A stretch of 64,000 bases of DNA from Rhina ancylostomus (lineage: Eukaryota): the NCBI GenBank assembly GCA_030265395.1, contig JARFYF010000017.1, forward strand, positions 29,077,681 through 29,141,680, in the 5' to 3' direction. Below the pieces are notes generated by a model, which was not told where the DNA came from, made no database searches, and saw nothing but the letters and a program-made list of their open reading frames with translations. Within the stretch, counting starts at the first letter, position 1. Every line of letters begins with the position of its first letter. A program made the translations under genes and the position numbers. Below are positions 38,965-52,677 of this stretch, one piece after another.

Positions 38965-39600
38965 CTTCTTTCCCATTCATTCAAGGGATGTGCGCTTTGC
39001 AGGCTGAGCCAGCATTTAATTAGCCATCCCTAATTGCCCTTGAGGTGGTGGCAGTGAGCTGCCTTCTTGAACTGTTGCAGTCCTTGAGGTGTGGGCATAC
39101 CCACAATGGTGTTAGGGCGGGTGTTCCAGGATTTTGATCCAGTGACAATGAAGGAACGGCAACATACTTCCAAGTCAGGATGGTGTGTGGCTTGGAGGGC
39201 AACTTCCAAGTGGTGATATTCCTATGCTTTTGCTGCCCTTGTCCTTCTCACTGGTAGAGATCCTGGGTTTGGAAGGAGTCTTGGTGAGTTGCTGCAGTGC
39301 ATCCTGTAGATGGTACAAACTGCTTTTACTGTGCGTTGGTGGTGGAGTGAGTGAATGGTTGTGGATGGGGTGTCTATCAAGTGGGCTGCTATGTCCTGTG
39401 TGGTTCCACACTTCTTGACTATTGTTGAAGCTGCATTCGACCAGGCAAGTGGAGAGTGTTCCAACACACTCCTGACATGAACCCTGTAGATAATGGACAG
39501 GCTTTGGGGAGTTAGGAGGTGAGTTACTCACCACAGGATTCCCAGCCTCTGACCTGCTCTTGTAGCCATAATGTGCATATGGCTACTCCAGTTCAGTTTC
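38965..39600 (-). mobile_element. LINE 3' end (CR1/L2 clade); related + strand fragment at ~41440-41650
   Basis: ccatccctaattgcccttgag...gagctgccttcttgaac...gttccaggattttgatccag tail; ORF 39175..39534 resembles a degenerate RT C-terminus. Confidence 0.7.
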
Positions 39601-42429
39601 TGAATCCATTAGTGTCAACTTGCTTCCTGAATTTGTGCCAACCCAAAATGGCAAGGTCCTGCACAGCAGTGTGACCTTGAACAATATAACGCTATCATAC
39701 ATTGACAACCAACCACGCCAAACCCAAGCCTAACCTAACATTCAAAAACTACTCAAAAAAACATTGAATAAATTAATACATGAAAAGATAAATAAAAAAA
39801 CTTAAAACACTTTTAAACTATCAAAACATTTAAGAAAAGTCAATTAATTCAAACAATTATGTAAGTTACCCCGTACTTACCTAAATTCCTTGCATCCATT
39901 CCTTTCTATTCAAATGAATGAGCTTGCTGTTCCTGCAGTAAGTCTGATGCAGGCACAGTGGGCAGATTTCTCAGGGTAACATCTGAGTTCAGCATTGGAA
40001 TGTAGTTGGAGAAGTGCCAGTGGAAACCAACCAGCAAGTCTGAAATCACTGCATTTGTTTGGGAAACCCAGACTTGATTGCACTTGCATTGAGAAGTGTT
40101 AGCAGTTTGATGTGGAACTGCCAGAATTACCCAACAATTTCTAGCCAATAGTCTTTTCTGTCTGTAGATACATGTTTGTCAAAATTGACAGTGAGCAGTG
40201 AGTGCATCGATGCATCCTGACCTTCCTGGCACTCCTCTATTTGTTCTCTTTTTTTTCCACTAATACTTCAAATAGGAGACTTTATTGGTACAGTTCTGGG
40301 ATAATAGGCAATAAAATAATAATTTTCATTAAAAGTTTACCAAGATCTAAGCGTCAGTGTTGCAATTGTTATATTGATGATGATAAAAGAGCAAAGCTGG
40401 TTGTAAAAGAACCTTGCACGATTGTCTAATCTGATATTCTCCACTTCTATAAATTAAGTGGAAGTAATATGCAAATCCAGAGCCTCATCAGGGGCAATTT
40501 AAAAAGACTTTAGAAGTCACTGCCTTGAAAGTGGCAACACTTCAAGTGAAATCCAGAANNNNNNNNNNNNNNNNNNNNNNNNNNNNNNNNNNNNNNNNNN
40601 NNNNNNNNNNNNNNNNNNNNNNNNNNNNNNNNNNNNNNNNNNNNNNNNNNNNNNNNNNCAAGTGAAATCCAGAAAATATTTGAAAGAGGATTATGCAAAG
40701 GAAGGTGAATTATGAACTAGCCATTAAGTGTTAACTGTTACCAAACCTCTTACTTATATCACATGTTTCTGTTGGTATAGTGAATAATGCAAGTATATTG
40801 AAAGGGGGCAAGAAACAAGTGCAAAGTGTGTAAGTAAAGAACTAAATAAGTACTGCAGTAAATTGTAGGAAGGCTATTTCAAACAATGTTAATGGTCACC
40901 TGCTGTCCAACCATCAATCTATGTCCCAACATAAGATGTACCTTTGCAATGTGAAATAGAAAAATATCCATCATCTCCAAGTACATCATGCTGCCTGACA
41001 GATAAGGCATGGGACAATAGAAAATGGACACCCTATTTTACTGGAGAAGGAATTATACCTGATCTTGAACTTCATTCCAGATGAAGACATTACACAACAA
41101 TCTATGATTCTATGATTACTACTGAATGCAATTGCTTTGTGGTATTGGCCAATGCATACACAGTTAACCAAAACTACTTACCTGAGAAATTATAAATACT
41201 GAGTTGCCTGTAGTACACACTGAACTAAAAAATCATTTGGGCAAAATTGGTGGTGAAATTGTCAACATAAGTATCCTACTGGATTGAAAAAGCCCTTCAG
41301 AAATTAGCTGATTAACCTGATGCTCATAATCAGTAAACCCAAGGATTGGGTATCATGCATGTTGAAAGTGGTCTTATCACCTATGTCACTGGTTAGACAG
41401 ACTTCCCTCAAGTTCTTTATCAGCATTTTCCAAGCCTTCCATTTCTAGAAGGCAAGGGATGCAGGTGCAAGTTTTCCTTTCAACTCGTGCCTTCCCTTCA
41501 CTATTGCTGGGTCTAAATCCTGGAATGTCTACCTCACAGCAGCAAGGGAGTACCTTCACTGGACAGATGGTACCAGTTCAAAAAGGTAGCTCACCTCTAC
41601 CTTCTCAAGGGAAATTAGGGATGGATAACAAAGGCTGGCCTTCAAATTAGTAGGTTTCAGTGGGCATGCATGATGTGTTGCACCAGAATAGTAGTAATAG
41701 TTTAAAATAAAAATTATCAGGCTTTTCAGGGAATAGAAATTAATTGCAAATTTGATTTTGTAAAATAAAATTTAAAATGTTGCAGCATATTACAGCCACA
41801 ATTGTTAAAGCCTTGCTTGGAAAAGATCACAGGGATAGTTTGCAGAAAAACAAGAGGATAATTACATTGAGGCTTATTTAAACACAATTATCGGACAGAG
41901 ACTCCATTAAAATGAAAATTATAGTTAGGCTGTGGATGGGTCCAACAAAAATATTGGTTCATTTGAGAATATGATCAATCTCTTTGCCTCTTTTGTTGAT
42001 CCATTTAAGTTTATATCAATGCATGGAATAGTGGTGATTTCAGACTTATGACCTGAAAGTGAATTGAAATCATTTAGTCCCTATGCAATTTGATGAGAAG
42101 GAAGGGCAACAGTACACTGGAGAGCAAACCATTAGCTCTTTGAGTTGCTCAGATGTAAAAGGGCAGAGGAACATCGCCTAATGCAGTCATTCCAGTGCAA
42201 GGCATCCTTCATACATTGGGCTACTGATTTGACCACTGTATATGAAACAAAGCTGAAAATCACCTCAAGCCCTTCAGCAGCCACTTATTTCAGCACCAAA
42301 TTACAGCAAACAAGGCCACGTTGTCTGAAAGTGAAATATAAGCAAGGAAGCACCTCTGTTCTGATGTGACAGAGTCAATAGAAAGCTTGTGGTTATACAG
42401 TACCCCTAAACAAACCTAAAGGTGTGTAG

Positions 42430-42760
42430 TATCCTGAAGGAGCTTCACAAGGTGGATGTGGAGAGGATGCTTCCTCGTGGGTGAATCAAGACATTTTAAA
42501 TCTAAAGAGTCACCTATGTAAGATGTAGATGAGGTGTTTTTTGCTTTCAGAGCACTTTGAGTCTTTGGAACCCTCTTCCTTAAAAAGCGATGGAAGCAGA
42601 GAGTCCTTGATTATTTTTAAGGTAGGTGTAGATAGATTCTTGAAAGGGGGTGAAAGGCTACCTGGGGTTAGGAGGGAATATGAAGATGAGAATACAACCA
42701 GATCCAGCATATTATTGAATGGCAGAGCAATTGAGTGGCTGTGTCCTGTCCCCAATTTGA
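42430..42760 (+). mobile_element. CR1 LINE 3' end
   Basis: caaggtggatgtggagaggatgcttcct...ctttggaaccctcttcct...gtagatagattcttg; FKVGVDRFL in ORF 42529..42891. Confidence 0.75.
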
Positions 42761-45225
42761 ATGTGTGTAATATCAAAGGCATCAACATGGGAAGTCAATG
42801 TCGTGCTTGCCATTCATTAAGAAAACTTAACTCAAAATGCAGCACTCTGACTAAATGCCTAAAGTGGCAAAATTTTTTTTACTTAGATTAAGGTGGTTAT
42901 CACTTCTCATGTGAATTTTCTGTCTCTACATGATATTATATTGAAGGAAATTTGCAAACCCAGAGCTATGTAAGTACAGGGTCCAGAAATAATCTATTAT
43001 CTGGGACTGCAGGATATTTATGTGAAGCCAGAGACATTATAGACTGACATTCAATGAATTATAAACTCAACCTCTAAATATTTTCATGTGATTCTTGTAA
43101 TAATTCTCAAGTGACAACCAACATGTATTTAACATCATATATTAAATTGTATTTAACATGGTCAAAATTGGAATATATATTCTGTCTTGAGAAGCTTCAC
43201 TTCCTGTGTAAACATCTGCAGCACTAACACCAGCATCAATATTAGCAAACACAACATGCTACCTTGATCATGAACATTGACACCATGCCCTGTAGTAAAC
43301 AAATCATTTAGAGCCACCACAATTTCAGACAAGAATGAGTTTATAAAATGCTGACTAATCCAGCCTCCATTCAATTTAAATTAGAATTTGTAAAATATAT
43401 GATTTATAGAAAAATAATATGTCTAAATTCAAATGATTCTAAATGGACTGAAGGAAAACTTGTAACAAAATCTAAATACTTCTATGGCAGGAAACTTTGG
43501 AAAAGATTTGTAGCATTATAAAAGGCAGAATGCTATCCAACTATTAGAACACATCAGCCACATAAATAAATCAGCTTAGTTTTAGCTATTCTAAAGTCTA
43601 GTTTGTGGGAAATGGCAACTCTCAATGCTGCAGAATCTACCTGGTGAGCTGAATGATCCCTTGTTACATGCCATTAATAGTGGACAGAGTTGCTGTGCAC
43701 TTTACACCAGATGTCTTGGCAACCCTTCAATTTTAATCAACATATGTAATTACTCAGAACTGAGATGCAGATGCTGAAGTATGAGATCACTTGAACTGAT
43801 TGCACACACAGGTGCAACAAATCTCTAACCAGAGGCATCATTTTTGCTTAAATTTGAGGAGGCCAATCTGGTACAGTCTTACTGAAAACTTCCCGCTGGC
43901 CATTTGGTGATTAATTATACGTATTTCTTTCATTTGCAAACTTTGACCTGCATCAACAAATAGGGTAAAAATTGACATTTTCTGGGAGCACCACGCAGAT
44001 ACCCCACTGTTCTGTTCCATGACATTCAACACTTCACGTGAAGTCAAAGGATTACTTTTCAAGTAAATGGTTTCCAGAACACAAAATTAATTCTAACATA
44101 AACAAATCTTAGTTAAATTTCTCCTAAATGTTTGTAACAAAGTGTTCATTCAGAAACATTTATTTTCTATTTACTGCAGGGATTATTTTATTCATAAACA
44201 ACCAGAGGAATTCTATAAACTCTTTGTAAAATGGTAAATTGATATAATCCATTGCCTCTTGTTTTACAGAGCTCCGGAAGTGACTTTTTATCTACAAGTT
44301 TCTCCCGTAGCAACGATTATATTATAAGAAAAACTACAGGGCATGATTGTATTCATGGAAAATTCCAGCCCCTCTTTCTTTGCATTGGGTTCCAAATTCT
44401 TATGTGCTATTAGAGCATTTTAAGTGGAGACATGGCTTTTTAAGTATAATGATTGTTTTCTGTGTAGATACTTAATATTTTCTCCTGGCAAAGTGTCTTC
44501 TAGACGCCCGCCTTCGGTTGGTTATTCAAGACATTTAAATAGACATAGTTACAGTTTTCATTTTTCAACACAAAACTGAAATTTGGAGGCATTAACGCAG
44601 CTAACGTCCCCCTCGCCTCAAACGGCTTCTTACAACGGCACCAGTCTGAAAGAGATTGGGGACACGGAAATAGGTGTCAAGCAATGCGGGGGCCAGAGTG
44701 CTGTGGAGGGGGTTTGGGGGTCTCCTGACCCACAACTAGAGGCGGAGAGCCCCTTGAGGCCACAGCAGTGTCAATAATATACCACGGATGATGCACGAGT
44801 GAAAAATAGCTAGTAAGTGGTCGGTGTGTGAATGGTTAATGGCTGAAATACGGATAGTAAGTGGCTGTCGTGCTCTCCTCCTGGCACTAACACGCGCTTA
44901 TTTAGTGGCTGCAAGTATATTGCTGAATATTTCAGGGTGACGATGTGCATAAGTGGTGGCCCGATAAGACGGTGGTAACATTAAGGTGGTAAATACCCCA
45001 GATCGACACACAAACAGGGTTTTAACACTCTACAGCAATTGTCGGAGTGGCGATATATTTCCGGCTGCTCCAGTCAGTATTTAATTGTATCCACCAATGG
45101 AAAAAAAGAGGCGCATCGTATTTATCTTTTGTTATTCACATGGCCGCCGCAATACTCACCAATGATTCTAAACAGATCAATACGATCAAGTGAACTGATA
45201 GCAATAACAACAATTACAAACGCAC

Positions 45226-45279
45226 CTTCAGCCTTTTGTATGGAAGCGATCCCTCCAGTGAGAACAATGATCGACCACA
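45226..45279 (-). CDS. NETO2: NETO2 coding exon 2 ((V)WSIIVLTGGIASIQKAE, signal peptide)
   Basis: Acceptor ttttcttttccag and donor G|GTGCGT; 54 nt, phase 1-1; similar to mammalian VLLITVLVVEGIAVAQKTQ. An alternative donor exists at 45160 (see findings). Confidence 0.85.
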
Positions 45280-48200
45280 CTGGAAAAGAAAATTAGGTTT
45301 CAATGTCTGGATGCCACATAACACTGCCACTCAAACACGGAAAACTGGGCAGAATTTACAGAGAATGGGAATTATAAAAAAAACATTATTTTGAAAACGC
45401 AAAATACAAAGCTGGGTATTTATATCACGTAAAATATCCCCCAAAATCTTCTTTTAAACTAGGAGGAAATCTAATGTGCAGGATTTGATACGCGGTACAG
45501 TACATCTTCATATGCAGTAAACAAGTCGGGTTGAGGGGAACTGTTTCAGGGCAGTTGCTTCTCGCTGTCGACAAGGATATGCCCCGCATTGTCTCTTGAA
45601 CTTATATAACTGTATTTTTTTCATATAGAATGTATATGGAATGAGTAAAATGAAATGATATACTTGGTCGAATAGTAGCTTCACAATTGAGTTCTCATAA
45701 GGATTAGGGTTCAGTGTCAGCCAGGAGGGAGGATTACCTCGCCCCTCCCATAAGGTGCAATTAGAAATCGTGCCATTGTCTGAACCCCAACTTTTTGAGG
45801 AAATGGTTGGAATTATCGTGGGAAACCATATACAGTGTTGTTAGAGAGCAATATATTCTCAAAAACTGATCGGATAACTTAATATGTGTTTAAACAATCC
45901 CAGTATTAACACATCTACCACACAATAAGCGTCCGGCCACATTTCCTGCATGAAACGCTTAGTTAGGGATTAATGCCGGCATTATTACAGAGATCATCAA
46001 ACGCTGTAGGTAAAAACACTTTAAAACTTTGACTAAAGTCTCTGGATATTTGCCCGTAAGCGAAGGTTTATTTTGTCATAGCGAATTGTCAGTATCACTA
46101 ATTTCCATCTTACGCCTTATTTTAAAGAATTGCGGACGCAAATGATAAACTCGCGATTTTTATATTTAGTGATTGAAATTCATAAGATGCCGGGATACGT
46201 AAGCAAACTATAAACAGGGAACAATTGCGAACGAAAACAAATTACAAGTAATCTTGTCAACAGAGGCTCCATGACATCAGAAACCAAGTTCAGACAACTT
46301 TGAAATTTTACTCGATCCTCCAAAAATTAAGATCTTAAATTGGTTCATGTTAATTTAAATTAATATTTGCCCGTTTTCACACAGATGGGTCCAGTGCCAA
46401 GTATCAGACTGGACACCACTAAAACACTTTTAATTCCGATACATAAACATTGCATACTTAGCAGAATAACTTATTGAAAAAGATCGTTGAACTTTCTGAA
46501 TAAATGGCAACGCTTAGCTAGATTCTCCCTGAGATACTGGAACTGAGTTTGTGCTATTACCACATAGTTTTTATTTCGATTAAATGTGAAAGCCCTGGTT
46601 TATACCAAGGGCTGGGGTGCGTGGTAAACTGAATTAGCAACACTTCCTTAGTCATCTGCTCGGGTGTATTAAAAGTTTGCGTTCCAATGCAGGAAAACAT
46701 TTAGTGCCTTCTAATTTACTGCACAGTTTCCTACTGCTCTGGGGTCCGGTTGGGAATCCTGTAGAAGTAACCGGGCAAACAGGAGAAGTTCTTTATTTTC
46801 AGACATAAGTGGACGTTATGTGGCAGCAGCGAATCAATGCATAAATCGGAAGGAAGTGCATGTGTTCCAGTGTTAAGAAACAAGTGACTGACTGACTTGC
46901 ACAAGGCAATTCCAGATGTTCACTGCAACGTGATTGAATGGGATCAGTTGACGCCAGGTTTCTGGGAACAGTAAGAAGATGAAGGTATGGATCAGGCAGC
47001 CCCTCGAGCCAGCCTCCCCATTCCGCAGCAACCCGTCTCATCCTCCAGCTCAAAGTGACTTCCTGGCCCAATCCCCATATCCCCTGATTCTTCTAGAATC
47101 CAAAATCTATTAGTCTTGGATATATTCAACGGCTAAGCTTAGGCAGCCGTCTGGAGTACCGACTCCTCAAGATTCTCAGAAATTCTCCCGGTTTCCAGTC
47201 CTGGCCGATGAGTTCAGGTCATGGTCCTTCCTGACAATTCGGAATCATTTTTTGAGATCAGCGTGAGCAACAACTTTCGAAACAATTTATTCTCCCCCAA
47301 TTTCAGCCCGATGTTTTATTTGGAATATGCCCGTCGTTTACATGAGTGACTTCCAGCTTGTAACATGTACACACGACCCGGGATATAGTTCAACCCAGAA
47401 GTGAGACAAATGGTTACTTTTCATTAATTATTTACCACGAACAATGTTAAAACGCATCCGTCCATTTCTTTTAAAATGTTCGGACGGCCCGAGAAATGCA
47501 CTCCACACTCGACCAGATGGCAGGTGTTAGCATGCGTTATGTCCAGTGCTCGGCATTATTCAACAATATACTCATATTAACCTTTTAATCCAGCCGAGAA
47601 ATGAGATCCTACTGATGAAGATCATGGTGAATGCCTCCGACATTTTGCTCTTAAAAGCTGCCAGCGAAGCTCAAACGATTGAATTTTACCCTCGGCAATA
47701 TGCCGCGGGGTATTAGGTCGAGCGTAAATTCAGTGCCTTCGCACCTCCGTTGATAGAGCACTTGTTCTATAGATCGGTTAATATTCTAAATTCGTTGCAA
47801 AACGAAGACATGTGATATTGGAAGGAGAATGGGGTGGATGACAAGGAATTGGATATTTAGGATGACGCTCCTAAGCTGGGGCGGAAAGTGGGGAGAGGGC
47901 TGCGGCGGAGGGTGTGCGGGCATTGGAGGCTGGAGCTCGCTGCCCCGGGAGCTCGCACCCGACCAAGCGCAGCGCCACGTGGAGCTGTTAGTTCAGCACT
48001 TTCCGCAAAGCTGCAGATGCCGGGAAAGAAACCCACGCCGGCTCCTGTTGACCTCTTCACACATCGTCAGTACCAGTCGTCGAGGAAACCCGACAATTCT
48101 ACTACAACCTCATCCCCCCTCCCCCCAGCTAATTAAGACAGCCGCGTTTCCACTCGCTTCTCCCTCCTGCGTGTCCTTCGAAACCTCTCGTGTCTGAGCT

Positions 48201-48694
48201 CCGGCGGTTCCAAAATTACAGTCCAGTGGGACTGAGATATTTGCTCAAGAGCGGCTGAGCCGCTCCATTTTATAAACCTCTTCACTTTCGCCGTGCCCGC
48301 ACGGTTTGATCGCATTGAAAAGGCTTTCTGATGTTTACACTTTTACACCGTCTCACACATTTATGCAAACTTGTGACTTAACGTCGATTCAGAAAANNNN
48401 NNNNNNNNNNNNNNNNNNNNNNNNNNNNNNNNNNNNNNNNNNNNNNNNNNNNNNNNNNNNNNNNNNNNNNNNNNNNNNNNNNNNNNNNNNNNNNNNNNNN
48501 NNNNNNNNNNNNNNNNNNNNNNNNNNNNNNNNNNNNNNNNNNNNNNTGCAATGGAACAAAAGCTTTTTAAATGAAACAAAAAGGCAGGCAAGTTTTCAAG
48601 AGCCATTATTTTCGACGAGATTGGATGCTTTACAAAGCACATCAGAACCTTCCTGTAGATGGCGACGTTATTTTATATTTTATTTGTAACTCAC

Positions 48695-48731
48695 CTTTGA
48701 ACATGAGGAAAAAGCGTCTTTCCAGCACCAT
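48695..48731 (-). CDS. NETO2: NETO2 coding exon 1 (MVLERRFFLMFK, start of signal peptide)
   Basis: ATG in strong Kozak context (agaATGG); peptide resembles mammalian MALERLCSVLK; strong phase-1 donor AAG|GTGAGT; lies in the CpG-rich region; joins exon 2 in frame. Confidence 0.85.
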
Positions 48732-51129
48732 TCTCTCGCTTAGGAAGATGCCGGTTTTCTTCGATGCCTCTTCGGGTGTATCGAGAGGGCAGTCTGCAGC
48801 GCCGAGTGCACTCAGTCGCTAGGTACACAGCATTTCGGAGCGGGTGTCATGTGCAACAAAGAATCCGCGTTATCCGAATTAAGCGAACGAGTTTTCCATT
48901 CGGTTGCTTTTCTCCCCCGGTACCTACCAAAGATTCATTCATCAGCTTCACACTCCAATCTCTCGATACTCTAATTCTGTTCAGTACACAAGCCATCCCT
49001 CCCCCCTGCCGGAGGAAGCACTTCTCTCCTGGAAAACAAACTTTCCGCGCTGGGTTAAATCCATCCTTTGTCCCTCGGGTAATTCCTCCACAAAGACGGT
49101 GATAGTCCTTCCGAAATGTTCGGTAGCTGTATTATTTACAACGACTGTTCAATTGGGTTTGACACGGGTCAGGACATCCAGAAAAAATAGGAATTGTTTC
49201 CAAAGATGCCAAAGTCCGTTCCAGGGTGCAAAGCAGCCGGAAGGGTCTGTCGCTCTTTTGAGAGGCTGCGAGAGCCACTCCAGCTCCCAGCTGGATGGAA
49301 GAACTGTTTAGCGAATGAATGAGTCTCATTTTCGGATCTACGTGCTGTGCTTCAACGAGCAGCTTGTACGCATGCCCCCACTCCATATAACACACCAAGC
49401 TGCAGCGGCTGTTTCCAATTCCACACACACACCTTCGAACACGACGGCAGTGACCAAGAACAGATCATTAGTGAAGCCGTTACAAGTTCTCTATTGTTTT
49501 GAGGGAGTAGAATATAAAAGACAATTTAAAACAGTTTAGGGTTCAAAACTCTGTGGCCCTTAGGTGGATATAGTGGGACAGAAAAAAATCTATACGTCCA
49601 TTAGATTTTGCTTTACAATGCACAGTGTTGGGTATCCAAGTGTTTTCCTACAAGATACCACCGATCAGGAAGAATAGGTTCTTGTAAAACGCACGCGTTG
49701 TTAGCCATTCATTCATTTTTACTGTACATTTATATTTACGGCTCATTTTATAGATGGGAAAAACTGTCCCCAGTCCTTCAAATAATACGGGTTTAGGTCA
49801 ATAAATTGCTATTAAGAGCTATGCCTTCCTGTATGAATAAATCAGTTGGTGAAGACAGCGCAGGCGAGTTCAGTTTCCAATTGTGCATGCCACCACCTTA
49901 CTTTAAATGGTTATTACATCCGATGCTTTGTATAATTTAAATAACGAACATTTTTCTCCTTCCACAAAGAGATAAAACACGCCAAGTGATCTCGTTTCAT
50001 AGCTACACACCAGACGAGTGGTCAAACGGGCTGCAGGATAGATGAAGCGATTATCTGCAAGTGCTATTGTGTTAAATCGGCAAAAGGGATCCTCACAAGA
50101 GAAAGAAATGAGGAATGTCCTGTTCGCCCAAGAACAGTTTACGAGTTTAAATGTAAATGACAAACAAAAGAACCGATTGTATTTAGCATCTCCACGGTAG
50201 AAAAATCTATCAATTCTCATTACAGGAAGGTTATCAGGTGAAATTTAGGTGCAAGCCACAATTAGAGTTATTAGAATAGGCGACCAAAAGGTCGTATCAA
50301 GGAGAAGCGAGGTGGATGGACGTTCAACGAGTTGAATTCCAGTGCTGGGGGAGCTTCCCAATATGTAGTATTGGTTGGCAATATTCAAAAGGGTGTTTTT
50401 ACTTGCATTAAAAAGCTTAAGAAGCATAATACGCATAATTTAAATGCATTTGAAGAAACGATTTTTGGCATGAAGGGAGACCAGTATGTGTGCGGCGCAT
50501 ACATTTACTTAAAATAAATTCGTAGCCAAATTGTACTCTTTACACTGTAAAGAAGCAGATCTCCAAATGATTTACAAAACCTGTTTGGTTTTTTTTACTT
50601 ATTTTGCCCTGTACTTGCTGTTAACACTCTTTGCATAAGGCAAAACCAATAAAAGGTTGCTACTATACTCTCGTTATTCAACGAGGCTGCTCTGCAGAGC
50701 TAAAATGCGCCACTTTGATGAACTTTGGCTTAGCTAAGTTAACTAAAAAAATCCTACCCACAGGCATTCAGAATTGATGAGCTTGCCTAATGACGTTTTG
50801 GTTAACATACATTTGTATGAATTGCTGCTTCAGCGTCTACTTTAAATGAAAACATGATTCATTTCCCTTTGCCTGGCAGTGTAGAGGAAAGGTACGAATT
50901 CATGGTATTAGCACACCCAGCACGTTCTGCTTATTGAGATATGCAGATAAAGTTCCTCCCACTTATACATTAGGAAAACAAAAGTAGAGAAAAAAAACTT
51001 TTTTAAAGAAATCATCTGCCAATAAAATTAGCCAGAGGAAGAATTTGTAGTCATAGCATGCTTAGGTCAAGGACAACACAGTTGAAGCGTCAAAATAGAT
51101 CTTTAGAGAAAGGAGTCCACAGAGATTTT

Positions 51130-51760
51130 CGAAAGGCAAATCTGCCAGAGTTTTTGAGGTTATAATTAGCAGAATAGACAAGGGCAATGAATTGATACGG
51201 TTAACTTGGACTTCAATTGGATGCAAAACAAGAGATTATTAAAATTAGAGCTCATGGCATCAGGGGCAATATGTTGGCATGGACTGAAAATTGATTAGAG
51301 AGTGCTGGAATAAATAGGATAGTACAGTTTGAGAGGGGGTGCTGAGAGGCTTCAGTGGTGTATGCATAGGTTAGGTGAATGAACAAAAACAGGATAGAAT
51401 ATAATGTGTAAAACATGAGACCATCAACACCAAAACATCCCTTTTGGTAGGAAAAAACCCAAAAAGGCAGAGTATTTTTTTAAGAAATGAGAGAGTTAAA
51501 GGTGTCCAAAGAGATCAAGGAATTATTTACATGGATTAGTGAAAGTTAACAGTGAACAATTAGGAAGAGTATAGATGTCTTACTCCAGTCATGTAGGGCC
51601 CTGATAAAACAGCACTTGGAATATTGTGAGAACATCTGGTCTCCCTACCTGAGGAAACTAACACAAAAGTAGCAGGAGGAGGCCATTCAGCCTCTTATGT
51701 TGGCTCCATCATTCAATAAGCTAATGGCATTTACCTCACTGCTACTTTCCTGCACCAACA
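51130..51760 (+). mobile_element. Decayed CR1 RT fragments between ITFG1 and NETO2
   Basis: KGKSC..FFEV.SRIDKG-like and aaaattagagctcatggcatcaggggc (KIRAHGIRG) motifs. Confidence 0.65.
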
Positions 51761-52169
51761 CCAATTGATTTCTATTATATAATTGCAATGGAGGGAGTAC
51801 AAGTGAAGGTGCTTCAGATTGAATCCTGGAATGGGGGTGTGAGGAGGGGGAGTTAAGAGGAGAGGAGAAATTATGCAGACTGGTGCTGTACTTTCTTGCC
51901 TTTCGAAGAATGGGAGGTATTTCATTCAAATATGCATAATTCTTACAGCACTTAACAAGGTAGACATAGGATGTTTCACCTCTAGACCCCAGCTGATACC
52001 AAAGGAAACAAGGGATGTGGGGTTAGTGCTTCTTATAAAACTTCATGACTTCCTAAAATAAAGTAAAATTATCTGTAGTTATCAGTTAAATCAATCTGTT
52101 GTCTATGTATCGTGAAACAAGTTAGCCATCCATACGCATGCTTAGTTTAAGGATCTGGGTCTTAAAGTT

Positions 52170-52677
52170 AGCAGTGTATGTATTTAATTACTGGAACTCC
52201 AAGGTCATCGAATCTCACAAACAGAAAGCAGTCTGAGTACTGTGTTACAGTAGTATAAAAAATTTTGAAACATCATTTGTTTTAAATCATTAAAGTTTAA
52301 TGTATGGATCATTTTAACCAACCAGAATTAATAAACATGCTTTTCCACAGAGACCATTTAAGTAAACATTTGGAGACATTAGTAACAGAACAATTCACCA
52401 CATTCAGACAAACAACATAAACATACATTTGCAAATATACGCAGTAATACAATGAAATGCATAACTTCGCTTTAAATTATTCAACTCCCAAAATATACAT
52501 CTTGAGTTATTTGCAACCACCGCCCAGAAACCAGAAAAACTGGAGTTATTTTTTAAAAAATGAGGAAGCAGTTAGACTATGTACAATTCAACATTAAACA
52601 TTCACCACTTGCTATTTTTTAAGAAGTAATATTTTAGATCTATCACTTAACAATTGCCTCTCAGGAACCATTGTATT
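52170..52677 (-). other. ITFG1: Probable ITFG1 3' UTR
   Basis: AT-rich, repeat-free stretch after the stop; ATTAAA candidates at 52183-52188 and 52296-52301 (minus strand). Confidence 0.45.

Larger units (their letters stand above)
44480..50520. promoter_or_regulatory. CpG-rich region / NETO2 promoter spanning exon 1 to exon 2
   Basis: CpG dinucleotides are visibly far more frequent here than in the rest of the window, peaking around 47000-49500; contains the NETO2 start exon. Edges approximate. Confidence 0.75.

Noticed and set aside
47436-47457. Alternative NETO2 first exon candidate ATG..MRFNIVR G|GTAAAT (phase 1)
   Set aside because: No similarity to known NETO2 N-termini; 48695-48731 has a better Kozak context, a stronger donor and homology. 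It cannot be excluded as a minor alternative exon.
47991-48740. REST/NRSE half-sites (ttcagcac, ccagcacca) near the NETO2 promoter
   Set aside because: The right half-site (GGACAG) is absent, so there is no full RE1 motif.
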